A DNA stretch of 28,280 bases, taken from IMG/VR virus record IMGVR_UViG_3300034096_001156; one strand, given 5' to 3'. Below are positions 7,548 to 16,027 of this stretch, piece by piece. Source of the stretch: an uncultured virus (IMG/VR IMGVR_UViG_3300034096_001156) (taxonomy: Duplodnaviria > Heunggongvirae > Uroviricota > Caudoviricetes). The translations under genes were made by a program, and so were the position numbers. The stretch's first letter is position 1. The number at the start of each line of letters is the position of its first letter. The notes beneath the pieces were generated by a model, which was not told the DNA's origin, made no database searches, and worked only from the letters and a program-made list of their open reading frames with translations.

Positions 7548-8312
7548 ATGGTTGTCACTAATCGAGGCAGAAAGCGTACATACTCTATTCATGAAGAGGT
7601 AATCGAGTTTACCAAATATCCTATCTGGGAACGGCAAGAACTAGAAACCCCTGACTGGTTTGAAAGATTTCAGATTTTTTACCTTCCTATTCCTTCAGGC
7701 TATCGCACTTTAAATCGAGCCTACGGTAACTGCGGGGAAGCTTCTGGGGAACAGATAGAGAAGACTAAATTTAAACGAGCTAAAACTGTCCCCGATGACT
7801 GGCAGTTAGCGCATAAAAACTATCGATGGGAAGAGCGGGCGAAAGCCTATTGGCTTTTAAAGATTCAAGAGCAGCAAGCTTACACTGATAGCATTTTACG
7901 AGAAATCCGAGAGAAGACTCTAAAGATTACTCTAAAAAACCTCGAAAAGATTGAACAGATGACTAATTATCCGATTTCTCGCCGTCGGATAGATTCTGTA
8001 GATGAATCGGGCCGTCCGATTGCCATAACAATTGAACCTAACGGAAATTGGAATCATAGAGACGCAGTGACTATGGCTAAAACGTTGACTGATACCTTTG
8101 AAAAAGTTTTAGGTTTTGACACCATCGAGTACGCAATTAATATTGTTCAAAAGCACGGATTAGCTGTTATTGACCCTGACGGAAAACTTATAGGACATTC
8201 TGGCATAGAGAAACTCGATGACGGACTGACCTCGATTATTCGTGATAGTGCAGAATTTGATGATGATGTAATGGTTCCCACTAAAATAAGCGATGACGAT
8301 GAAAGCGAGTAA
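7548..8312 (+). CDS. Probable terminase small subunit
   Basis: 254 aa, overlaps the terL start; WxxxxxxYRWEERAKAY helical motif; position typical for TerS. Confidence 0.6.
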   Translation: MVVTNRGRKRTYSIHEEVIEFTKYPIWERQELETPDWFERFQIFYLPIPSGYRTLNRAYGNCGEASGEQIEKTKFKRAKTVPDDWQLAHKNYRWEERAKAYWLLKIQEQQAYTDSILREIREKTLKITLKNLEKIEQMTNYPISRRRIDSVDESGRPIAITIEPNGNWNHRDAVTMAKTLTDTFEKVLGFDTIEYAINIVQKHGLAVIDPDGKLIGHSGIEKLDDGLTSIIRDSAEFDDDVMVPTKISDDDESE

Positions 8313-9948
8313 ATTATCATTAAAAAATCTCTCAAAGATAAAAACAGCGACCGAAAAATATAAACTTATTAATACCAAAGAAGAAATTGTTTTCCCTCAA
8401 TTACAAGAGGGAAAACAAGCTTTATTTGGAAAAATTGACGCTGATGTAATTATATTCGGTGGAGCCGCAGGAGCAGGAAAAACCAGAGCCTTATTAACTG
8501 ATTTTGTTCGTCAAGAATATATTGACAATCCTGATTACCGGGCTGTCATGTTTCGCCGGACTTATCCTGAATTTACTCAAGCTGGGGGATTAGTAGATGA
8601 AAGTCGTAAAATCTATTATCCTATCAAGGGTACTTTTATAGAAAAGCCTAGTCTTGAATGGCGGTTTCCTAGTGGTGCTAGGGTATCTTTTAGGCATTTA
8701 CAGCATGAAAAAACCGTGCATATTTATCAAGGCTCTCAGATTACTAGGATCGGGTTTGACGAACTAACCCATTTTACGCAGGAACAGTTTTTCTATCTTC
8801 TCTCTAGAAACCGGTCTGTATCAGGAATTAAACCTGCTGTTAGAGCAACCTGTAACCCCGACGCTGATTCATGGGTAGCTAGTTTTATCTCTTGGTGGAT
8901 CAACCCAAAAGACGGCTATGCTATTGAAGAAAGGTCGGGAATAGTTCGATACTTTATTAGGCAGGGAGATACGGTTTATTGGGCTGATAATAAACAAGAA
9001 TTAATTGATAAATTTAGTCTTAAAGATAAGCTTTTTGAAATGATTCCTAATGATATTCAAAAAAAGTTTTTATTAAATGAAGAAATAAGCATTAAACCAG
9101 AAGACTTGATCAAGAGTTTTACTTTTATTCCTGCCACGATTTTTGATAATAGAGAACTGATAAAAGTTAACCCTACCTACTTAGCTAACCTTTATTCACT
9201 TCATCAAGTTGAACGAGAAAGACTTCTTAGAGGTAACTGGAAGATTAAATACGAAGCTGGTACAGTATTTGATCGGACTTGGTTTGAGATTCTCGATAAA
9301 ATACCTGACGATTGGAAGTTAATAGGTAAAGTAAGATTCTGGGATTTAGCGGCAACTGCTAAAGAGAATGCTGAGAACTATCATTGTTATACAAGTGGCA
9401 CTCTTGTTTATAAATACCAAAGAATTAAGAACACATTGCCAGATTCAACTGAGATTAAGGAATTTATTTATGTGATTGCCGATAATATCTGTGAGCAGAA
9501 AAAGGTCGGGGAAGTGGAATTAATGCTTAAAAATACTGCTGAATTGGATGGGAAAACTGTAGCTGTAAGATGGGAGCAGGAAGGGGGGTCGAGCGGTAAA
9601 TTTGTTGAAAATACCATTACTAATGTAATTAGAGAAAATCATCCGAACCATGACGTTAAAGCGATCGTACCTCAAGGGGATAAACTAACGCGAGCTTTAC
9701 CAGTAGCCACGGCAGCTAGTCGGGGACAAATCTTCATCTTAAGAGATGGGACGTGGAACACTCGGTTTTTAAATGCCTGCCAGGGTTTTGATGGTAGCAA
9801 AAAAACACCCCCGACTAATGACATTGTAGATAGCCTATCGGGAGCATTTTATTCCCTTGAAAATGAGTTTCAGGGACATGAAAAGGTTATTAGCACGATT
9901 ATTACTTCTGCTCCTGTTAATCGGTTTAGGAGCGGTTTTAGGGGTTAG
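8293..9948 (+). CDS. terL: Terminase large subunit (Terminase_6-like)
   Basis: Walker A GGAAGAGKT, Walker B IGFDELTHF, ATCNP, nuclease FWDLAAT and DIVDSLSGAF. Confidence 0.93.
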   Translation: MTMKASKLSLKNLSKIKTATEKYKLINTKEEIVFPQLQEGKQALFGKIDADVIIFGGAAGAGKTRALLTDFVRQEYIDNPDYRAVMFRRTYPEFTQAGGLVDESRKIYYPIKGTFIEKPSLEWRFPSGARVSFRHLQHEKTVHIYQGSQITRIGFDELTHFTQEQFFYLLSRNRSVSGIKPAVRATCNPDADSWVASFISWWINPKDGYAIEERSGIVRYFIRQGDTVYWADNKQELIDKFSLKDKLFEMIPNDIQKKFLLNEEISIKPEDLIKSFTFIPATIFDNRELIKVNPTYLANLYSLHQVERERLLRGNWKIKYEAGTVFDRTWFEILDKIPDDWKLIGKVRFWDLAATAKENAENYHCYTSGTLVYKYQRIKNTLPDSTEIKEFIYVIADNICEQKKVGEVELMLKNTAELDGKTVAVRWEQEGGSSGKFVENTITNVIRENHPNHDVKAIVPQGDKLTRALPVATAASRGQIFILRDGTWNTRFLNACQGFDGSKKTPPTNDIVDSLSGAFYSLENEFQGHEKVISTIITSAPVNRFRSGFRG

Positions 9949-9955
9949 TAGTAGT

Positions 9956-10132
9956 TCATCCACATTCCCAAACGATACCAGAAGTATTAATGTTAATACG
10001 CTCTATTTCGATTGGATTGTCGTTATTGCCATCAAAATAGCTGCACCAATGCCAGATAGCCTCTGTTTCTGATTCTGATGCAATAAGAAGACCAAATGAT
10101 GTAACTGAATCTCTAATTAAGTACAGATTCAT
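9956..10132 (-). CDS. Small hypothetical protein (58 aa, not in the ORF track)
   Basis: Hand-translated MNLYLIRDSVTSFGLL...IVWECG*, with GAGG RBS. Confidence 0.6.
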   Translation of the reverse strand: MNLYLIRDSVTSFGLLIASESETEAIWHWCSYFDGNNDNPIEIERININTSGIVWECG

Positions 10133-10161
10133 AAATCCTCGTTAATAGTTGTAAAAATATT

Positions 10162-10440
10162 CTAATCAATTTGATTTACTAGAGACTCTCGATAAAGTCT
10201 TTCACGCTCTATCCAGAAACGAGCAGAAGGTACGCCTAAAGCTAATTCCATTTTATAAGCAATACAAACAGTAATTTCTGCCTTACCTTTTATGAGTTGA
10301 TTAATAGTCTTTTTCGGCAACTTCATGCGACTAGCAAATACTCGTCGGGGTATTTTTCTTTCTTTTAGGATTTCAGCAAGGGTTTCTCCTGGTGGAGAAA
10401 CAAAATCTGGTGTGTATGTGTTCTCGGTAGTATTAGTCAT
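10162..10440 (-). CDS. HigA-family XRE/HTH protein
   Basis: PDFVSPPGETLAEIL...INQLIKGKAEIT...ALGVPSARFW...Y pattern. Confidence 0.85.
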   Translation of the reverse strand: MTNTTENTYTPDFVSPPGETLAEILKERKIPRRVFASRMKLPKKTINQLIKGKAEITVCIAYKMELALGVPSARFWIERERLYRESLVNQID

Positions 10441-10455
10441 AGATTTGATCAATAG

Positions 10456-10992
10456 TTACAAAAAATCGTGAACAAAATAATTGACAACCTTGACCGCTTC
10501 CTTGACTCTTGGAATAAAGTCAATATCTAAGGTAATAAAAATAAAAGGGTCTTCTGTTTTTTTTGTGTTTTCCAGCTTATGGCAGCAGGATATGTCCAGC
10601 AGTAAAATATCTCCTGCTTTTAAGACTAATTTTTGAGTATCTTTTCTTTGGACTAATAAAAAGTTTATTTGATCATCCATACTTTTAAAGGGAGTATAAT
10701 TTTTCAAGAGTTTTTCTAAAGCATCATTGTTTGCTGTAGAAGAGTAGAGTTCATAGTTGTCACTTTGAACAACTAAAATAATTGAATATTTTTTATCTTC
10801 ATCAATGTCGTCAGTGTGCCATTCTAACCCCAATGTCCACCATAGAGAATAAGGATCAAACAACTCTAAAGGACTGTTAACCCAATTGTGTTTTGCTCTT
10901 GCAGAAAAGGTAGTAGAACTGCAAATCGATTCTACTATCTTGTTTAGCTTGTCTAGATTGTGATATTTGCCTAATTTATACAGAGGTTTTAT
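10456..10992 (-). CDS. Putative cupin / 2OG-Fe(II) oxygenase-fold protein; frame opens at ATA 10992
   Basis: WHTDD (HxD) and LKAGDILLLD...H. The frame is open 43 codons upstream of the track TTG. Confidence 0.55.
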   Translation of the reverse strand: MKPLYKLGKYHNLDKLNKIVESICSSTTFSARAKHNWVNSPLELFDPYSLWWTLGLEWHTDDIDEDKKYSIILVVQSDNYELYSSTANNDALEKLLKNYTPFKSMDDQINFLLVQRKDTQKLVLKAGDILLLDISCCHKLENTKKTEDPFIFITLDIDFIPRVKEAVKVVNYFVHDFL

Positions 10993-11017
10993 TTTTTATT
11001 TGGTTGATGTTTATTGA

Positions 11018-11048
11018 CTAATAACTGATAACTAATAACTGATAACTA
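11018..11048. repeat. ACTRATA heptamer tandem repeat (cyanobacterial STRR-like)
   Basis: ACTAATA ACTGATA ACTAATA ACTGATA ACT; also near 4759, 12849, 13431 and 13781. Confidence 0.75.
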
Positions 11049-12335
11049 TTTTTTGAGAATGAGTTTAGGCTTTTTGCTAAACTCAACTGATAGGTTTTTT
11101 TGCCGGCAGACAGTCCGGCAATCTGTCCATCTTTTACCGACCTTGGCAAGATAGGAGTCCTGGTTCCACTCCACCTTGTACCCTGCTTTTTCGCAGGCTG
11201 TCTTATAAGGAAGTTGAGATTCCTTCTGTTGAGCAGTAATCTGCTCTTCTCTAGCCTTTTCCAAGGCTTCTAGCTCGTTTTTGCGAGACTTAAAGGCTAT
11301 GGCTTCGATTACTGCTTGATGCAGTTCGGTAGCATCCTTCGGAAAGGATTCGTAACCATTCCTTAAATCGCGGCTACGGACTACTACCCGTCTTTCTTCG
11401 CCACTTGTAAGCCTTATTTGAATCCCTAAAGATAGGGATTCTTCGACAAGTTGGGGGAATCCCACCCCAAAATCTTCAATCAATTTTTGATTTGCTGAAA
11501 TAGGAGCAGGTTCGGGTTCGGAAACCGCTTCTACTTTAGGATTTTCTGTATCCCATTTTTTTCTAGTCCAGTAACCAGAGTTGTGGTTTAACACCCAGTC
11601 TTTTTCCGATCTGGGTTTTGGAGGGTTGGTTAATTGTTTGGCTTCCCCACTGGGAAGCTGATAGGTTACGACCCGAACGGTCACATAACCGCCATGGGAT
11701 CTCGATCCCATTCCGTCAGATGATGGGGTATCTGACCCCTCGGAATAAAACCTTTCGGTTCTTTCATTGATTACTATGCCGTGTGTCACGACATAATAAT
11801 CGCTATTTTCATAGCGGTCGTATTTTTTTAGCCTGTCTTTGATTGACAGGTAGTTACCCCATTCTTTTTCCCGCGCCTCTTCCCGCGCTTCTACGGCTCT
11901 TTTTTCCGCTTTTTCTCTTTCGGCTTGGCCAGTAATCCAAGCCTCTTTCGCCTTCCTAGAAGCCTCTAAAGAGGCTTCTAAAGAGTCCAGATAATTAATG
12001 ATTATCTGGTTGATTTCATCGTCTTTAAAACCTACTGAGTAGGTTGGGGAATCGATCTCATCGATTCCCCAAGCATTTGCCCACAGATTTCCGTCTGTAG
12101 TTATTTCCCCGCCTGGCAAATACAAACCGGCGTAATCGCCGTATGTTTGAGCCATTTCTGGCGTAACAGGAATCTCTGCCCAACTGGCAGTGGGCAAAGG
12201 GACGAGGCGGTCTTCAAACCCGTCATTGTACCAGAAGCACTCTCCTTTCCTTACCGCGATCACTTTCCCTTCGAACAATACTCCCCCGTCCTCAGTGTCA
12301 AAGGGGATGTATGCGAGTGTAATTTGAGGTTTCAT
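11046..12335 (-). CDS. Hypothetical protein, 429 aa, visibly more GC-rich than its flanks
   Basis: Long ORF with coiled-coil segments, under promoter copy 3. Confidence 0.8.
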   Translation of the reverse strand: MKPQITLAYIPFDTEDGGVLFEGKVIAVRKGECFWYNDGFEDRLVPLPTASWAEIPVTPEMAQTYGDYAGLYLPGGEITTDGNLWANAWGIDEIDSPTYSVGFKDDEINQIIINYLDSLEASLEASRKAKEAWITGQAEREKAEKRAVEAREEAREKEWGNYLSIKDRLKKYDRYENSDYYVVTHGIVINERTERFYSEGSDTPSSDGMGSRSHGGYVTVRVVTYQLPSGEAKQLTNPPKPRSEKDWVLNHNSGYWTRKKWDTENPKVEAVSEPEPAPISANQKLIEDFGVGFPQLVEESLSLGIQIRLTSGEERRVVVRSRDLRNGYESFPKDATELHQAVIEAIAFKSRKNELEALEKAREEQITAQQKESQLPYKTACEKAGYKVEWNQDSYLAKVGKRWTDCRTVCRQKNLSVEFSKKPKLILKK

Positions 12336-12350
12336 AGCTTGTTACTTCTC

Positions 12351-12433
12351 TGTGTTTTGTTTACTCTTTTATATTAGATCATTCTCCCAATAAAGTCAAG
12401 TATATGGGAGAATCTTTTTTGAACGTTTGTACT
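12351..12433 (-). promoter_or_regulatory. Conserved sigma70 promoter with palindromic operator, copy 3
   Basis: TTGACT (12394-12399)-N17-TAATAT (12371-12376). TTCTCCCA (12382-12389)-N15-TGGGAGAA (12405-12412). Confidence 0.85.
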
Positions 12434-12443
12434 ACTTGCTAAT

Positions 12444-12818
12444 CTAAGGCTTTTGTAAGAACAAGCACCCTAGAATCAGTCCGGGGTTATTTTTGTCTCG
12501 GACTAACGCGCCGGGCGCAAGACAGTCCGTGCGTCCTATCTTAGCGGCCGCAGAGGCTACTAATCCTGACACAATGTAGTAAATCCCCTCCTGATACTCA
12601 GGGAGTCCCTCGATCTCCCCATAAATGACGGATTCAATAGGAATCCCGTCAATTTCCCCTGCGGGGGAATTGCTCATAGAAACACGGGGAAGTATCCCAC
12701 TCGGAGGGATACTTCTGATAACTTCAACAGTTTCAGCAAGAAACTGTTTTTTGCTATCCTGTTCTACCCCTTGTTTAGAAACAAGGGTTATTTCGTGAGG
12801 GGTTGCGTTGATGATCAT
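12444..12818 (-). CDS. Conserved phage hypothetical protein
   Basis: IINATPHEI...GLPE...YIVSGLVA...RTD...LVRD pattern seen in phage proteins; AGGAG RBS. Confidence 0.75.
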   Translation of the reverse strand: MIINATPHEITLVSKQGVEQDSKKQFLAETVEVIRSIPPSGILPRVSMSNSPAGEIDGIPIESVIYGEIEGLPEYQEGIYYIVSGLVASAAAKIGRTDCLAPGALVRDKNNPGLILGCLFLQKP

Positions 12819-12871
12819 TTTTTACTCCTAAATAATTGTTAGCTGACAACTGATAACTAATAACTAATTCA

Positions 12872-13402
12872 TTAATCACAAACTACCCGAAAACCAATAT
12901 TGCAGCAAGATTTTTCAAAATAGTGATCGAGTCGTGCCGCACAACAGCTATAGGAGGAGGAGTCAAATCCGCCCCCACGGGGAACGTTTTGACACCATTC
13001 CCAGACGTTGCCGTGCATATCGTACAATCCCCAAGCATTAGGCCTTTTCTGACCCACAGGATGAGTTATAAGTCCAGAATTATCTTCGTACCAAGCGTAA
13101 TCTTTTAGCTGATCGAAATCATTACCAAAGCTAAATAGGGTTTCAGTCCCCGCACGACAAGCATATTCCCATTCTGAATTTGTAGGTAGGCGATAGTTTT
13201 TCCCTGTTATTCGTCTTAATTTCTGGTAAAAGGCTATAGCGTCGTCATAACTAACCTGTTCTACCGGATTTTGGGGTTTGTTCATAAAATAAGAGGGGTT
13301 GTTTCCCATTACCTCTTGATATTGTTTTTGAGTTATTGGATATTTTCCAATTTTAAAGGTTACGTTCGGAATCTCTATCATTTCAATCTCAATCTCAATC
13401 AT
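12872..13402 (-). CDS. FGE-sulfatase (SUMF1, C-type lectin fold) domain protein
   Basis: GKYPITQ, PVEQVS, YRLPTNSEWEYACRAG, GLYDMHGNVWEWC, GFRVV. Confidence 0.9.
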   Translation of the reverse strand: MIEIEIEMIEIPNVTFKIGKYPITQKQYQEVMGNNPSYFMNKPQNPVEQVSYDDAIAFYQKLRRITGKNYRLPTNSEWEYACRAGTETLFSFGNDFDQLKDYAWYEDNSGLITHPVGQKRPNAWGLYDMHGNVWEWCQNVPRGGGFDSSSYSCCAARLDHYFEKSCCNIGFRVVCD

Positions 13403-13459
13403 TTTTTTGACTCCTAAATAATTTGTTTTTACTGATAGCTAATAACTGATAACTAATAT

Positions 13460-13747
13460 TTAGTCAGGAATATCATACTCGTTACCGTACCCAGTCCAAA
13501 CTCGACCAACGATCTGCTCATCAATCCATTCTTTTAGACCCGGCGATAATTCAAGTGTTGTAATGACTGAATATGATGCAATTGGATCGTCGAATATTAC
13601 AATATATTGTTCAGTGTTTTCAATTTGCGGACAAGGTAATACATTCTCGTAAGTATCTAAAACACATAGTATGTATTTCGTACTGACAATAACAGCAATT
13701 TTGTCGCCTGACCTCGGAGAAAAACCTTCAATACGAATACCCTTCAT
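13460..13747 (-). CDS. Hypothetical protein
   Basis: 95-aa ORF with AGGAG RBS inside the conserved spacer. Confidence 0.7.
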   Translation of the reverse strand: MKGIRIEGFSPRSGDKIAVIVSTKYILCVLDTYENVLPCPQIENTEQYIVIFDDPIASYSVITTLELSPGLKEWIDEQIVGRVWTGYGNEYDIPD

Positions 13748-13796
13748 TTTTTTTGACTCCTAAATAATTGTTAGCTGACAACTGATAACTGGTATA

Positions 13797-14273
13797 TTAA
13801 AACTCTTGCCATGTCATCGGGTCGGTCATTGGTTCGCTGTACCGACTTAAATCCGACGGCTCAGTATCATCATAAATAAAATCGTCTGTAGGTTCGTTAC
13901 TAGGAATCTCATAGTAGCGTCCGCCACAAGCCACGAATCCCATCGTAGGGGAAATAACAAAAGATTTTTTGACGGGTTGAAATTTAATCTCAGGTAATTC
14001 GCGGTTGGGAAGTTTCCCATCGGGACTGAAACCACGGCTTAACTTGCCATTAAAGGTATCGAAAAACCATTCTTTACCAGTTTGCTGACAAATAACTCGG
14101 AGAGTGGTAATCTGTCCTTCTCCCCACACTTCTAAGGAGACATGGTGCTTTTGACCTCTGGCAATCATAGTGAAATTGCCAGACATAACGGGGACGCAAT
14201 TAGATTTGACAGAAAGAGAATTGGATGCTAACATGGCTTTTGACCTGATAAGGGTTGACGGAAAGGCGATCAC
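13797..14273 (-). CDS. Hypothetical protein
   Basis: 158-aa ORF (GTG start), first gene after the promoter at 14316-14345. Confidence 0.7.
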   Translation of the reverse strand: MIAFPSTLIRSKAMLASNSLSVKSNCVPVMSGNFTMIARGQKHHVSLEVWGEGQITTLRVICQQTGKEWFFDTFNGKLSRGFSPDGKLPNRELPEIKFQPVKKSFVISPTMGFVACGGRYYEIPSNEPTDDFIYDDTEPSDLSRYSEPMTDPMTWQEF

Positions 14274-14315
14274 ACTAATTTGGAGTTGGGAGTGGTCGTC
14301 TTTCTTTATATCTGT

Positions 14316-14370
14316 ATATTACCGCAAAGTCAGCAATATTGTCAAGCATTATTCCAAAAAAAGTTATAAT
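14316..14370. promoter_or_regulatory. Back-to-back promoters
   Basis: Leftward TTGACA (14340-14345)-N18-TAATAT (14316-14321); rightward TATAAT (14365-14370). Confidence 0.65.
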
Positions 14371-14397
14371 AAATTATAGAGACACAAAACTAATACA

Positions 14398-14601
14398 ATG
14401 GTACTAAAAAACAGGGTCAAGGAATTTACGCAGTCTAGAGGCATCACAATCTATAAATTCATTCAGCAAACAGGCATTGCGATGTCCACGGGATACAAGC
14501 TATCTCAGAATCCTAGTCACTTGCCGTCTATCACAGTTTTACAGGCAATCTGTGATAGGTACGAGATACAGCCTAACGAAATTGTCTATTGGATTGATTG
14601 A
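14398..14601 (+). CDS. Cro/XRE-family HTH regulator
   Basis: 67 aa; NRVKE...TIYKFIQQTGIAMSTGYKL...VLQAIC...QPNEIV. Confidence 0.85.
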   Translation: MVLKNRVKEFTQSRGITIYKFIQQTGIAMSTGYKLSQNPSHLPSITVLQAICDRYEIQPNEIVYWID

Positions 14602-14636
14602 AAAGCTAGAATTAAGGAAAATGTAGGCTAGGACAA

Positions 14637-15305
14637 ATGAAGCAAATTACAGCAATATTTAACACTTATCTGAAAAAAACTCCAGACTCAGTGTCTGATT
14701 TGAAAGAAGATCAGTTAATTTTTGTAGAAAAAAATCGAAATTATCCTGTAGATAAAGTTTTATCTGAATATGGATTGCACATTCAAGTAAAACTTAGCTA
14801 CAGCGCAGGTGATTGGTGGATATTCAAGCCGCATTGGGATTTATCTGATTTACCTAATACCTTACCCGTGACAGCCGTTTTTAAGTTTCCTGTAAGTCGA
14901 TCTCCTAAGTTGATTGAAGGAATTTTGCAATTTTATCGAGGAAATGATAAAGCAATTGAAGTAGTGGCTACCAGTGGCTCAATTGGGTATCAATACCGAG
15001 GTGCCGAAAAAATTGTAGGCAAGGGACAAATACCAGAAGGAAATCATTGGCAAATCAATACTAAGGGGTATTGGTTAAATACAAAAGGTGTTGAGGGGAT
15101 GTTTTTTCATATTACGCCTGATCCTTACAAAGGATCAGGGTTTTCTCGATCAGAACTTGGATTACATCGAGACGCTAATGTACCTGGAAGCGCGGGCTGT
15201 ATTGTAGTTAGAAACAGTCAAATCTTTAATAACCAAATAGTTGGTTATTTGGCTGGTCTAAGCCAGGAACAAAAAACAGTAAACTTATCAGTACAATACA
15301 CTTGA
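14637..15305 (+). CDS. Putative peptidoglycan-active enzyme (DUF2778/Tlde1, L,D-transpeptidase-like) with cyanobacterial SH3-like N-domain
   Basis: GQIPEG...RSELGLHRDANVPGSAGCIV His/Cys motif; N-terminal TYLKK...WWIFKPHW domain. Confidence 0.7.
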   Translation: MKQITAIFNTYLKKTPDSVSDLKEDQLIFVEKNRNYPVDKVLSEYGLHIQVKLSYSAGDWWIFKPHWDLSDLPNTLPVTAVFKFPVSRSPKLIEGILQFYRGNDKAIEVVATSGSIGYQYRGAEKIVGKGQIPEGNHWQINTKGYWLNTKGVEGMFFHITPDPYKGSGFSRSELGLHRDANVPGSAGCIVVRNSQIFNNQIVGYLAGLSQEQKTVNLSVQYT

Positions 15306-15331
15306 CATTTTGTTTTTTGATGCGCTAATAT
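15302..15331 (+). promoter_or_regulatory. tRNA promoter
   Basis: TTGACA (15302-15307)-N18-TAATAT (15326-15331), immediately before the tRNA. Confidence 0.7.
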
Positions 15332-15335
15332 AAAA

Positions 15336-15408
15336 GCGGGGTGAGTGAAATGGTTTACACATAGGCCTCATAAGCCTAAAACACTAGGTTCGACTCCTAG
15401 ACCCCACA
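15336..15408 (+). tRNA. tRNA with CAT anticodon (elongator Met or Ile2)
   Basis: Acceptor GCGGGGT/ACCCCAC, D arm GTG/CAC, anticodon arm TAGGC-CTCATAA-GCCTA, T arm CTAGG-TTCGACT-CCTAG. No encoded CCA. Confidence 0.85.
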
Positions 15409-15412
15409 TTAA

Positions 15413-15706
15413 TCAAGTAAAATTCCAATTAAGAGAATTATCAAATCCTTGAATGTCAGTAAGGAATTTTTCTCCTGATTGGGTAAGTCGATAGTATCTT
15501 TTTCTAGCACCGGCTCTATCGTTAGATCGCTCGGTTCCCCATCGAGATTTAATGAGTCCTTTTTCCTCTAATTTCTGAAATACAGGGTAAAACGAGCCAA
15601 TATCAAGACTTCTACCTTTAGTATTGGCTATAGATTCAATTATCTGTAGTCCCGACAATTCTTTATTGTAAAGAGTCTGCAAGACAAGGATTTCTTTGTT
15701 TGTCAT
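15413..15706 (-). CDS. PadR-family winged-helix regulator
   Basis: GSFYPVFQKLEEKGLIKSRW...RKRYYRLTQSG. Confidence 0.9.
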   Translation of the reverse strand: MTNKEILVLQTLYNKELSGLQIIESIANTKGRSLDIGSFYPVFQKLEEKGLIKSRWGTERSNDRAGARKRYYRLTQSGEKFLTDIQGFDNSLNWNFT

Positions 15707-15710
15707 TGCT

Positions 15711-15950
15711 TTAAAGTTTTCTAATCGGTCTTTTTCTGGGCGATTGTCGATCTTGAATTAAATCTTGGTTTTCCTCAAGGAAAGACTCTAGCTGATCATC
15801 GGGGATTTCTCGGAACTCGCCAGTTTTCAGCAAAACAATAACCCTAGATTGTGGTGGTTTGACGACATTCGACTTGAAATCAGGAGGAATACCCGGTAAT
15901 CGGTCAATTTTTGCTGAATACCCACCACATCGGTCAAATTTGTCAGACAT
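15711..15950 (-). CDS. Hypothetical protein
   Basis: 79-aa ORF ending 4 nt upstream of the PadR gene. Confidence 0.6.
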   Translation of the reverse strand: MSDKFDRCGGYSAKIDRLPGIPPDFKSNVVKPPQSRVIVLLKTGEFREIPDDQLESFLEENQDLIQDRQSPRKRPIRKL

Positions 15951-15963
15951 ATTTTAAATACGG

Positions 15964-15996
15964 TATAATATTGGTATGCCCCCGCGTTAACGGGGG
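15964..15996 (+). promoter_or_regulatory. -10 box and 5' GC hairpin of the right Bro-N-like gene
   Basis: TATAAT (15964-15969); CCCCCG-CGTTAA-CGGGGG (15979-15996). Confidence 0.65.
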
Positions 15997-16027
15997 ACTC
16001 ATCACAATTACTACTACAGAGTAAATC

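Noticed and set aside
10456..10992. TET/JBP-type 5mC oxidation pathway with the C5 methyltransferase
   Set aside because: Only a generic HxD...H pattern; the gene is not adjacent to the methyltransferase and its start is uncertain.
12872..12990. DGR variable region in the FGE/C-type lectin gene
   Set aside because: The fold is a typical DGR target, but I found no template repeat or reverse transcriptase in the window. A trans-acting DGR cannot be excluded.
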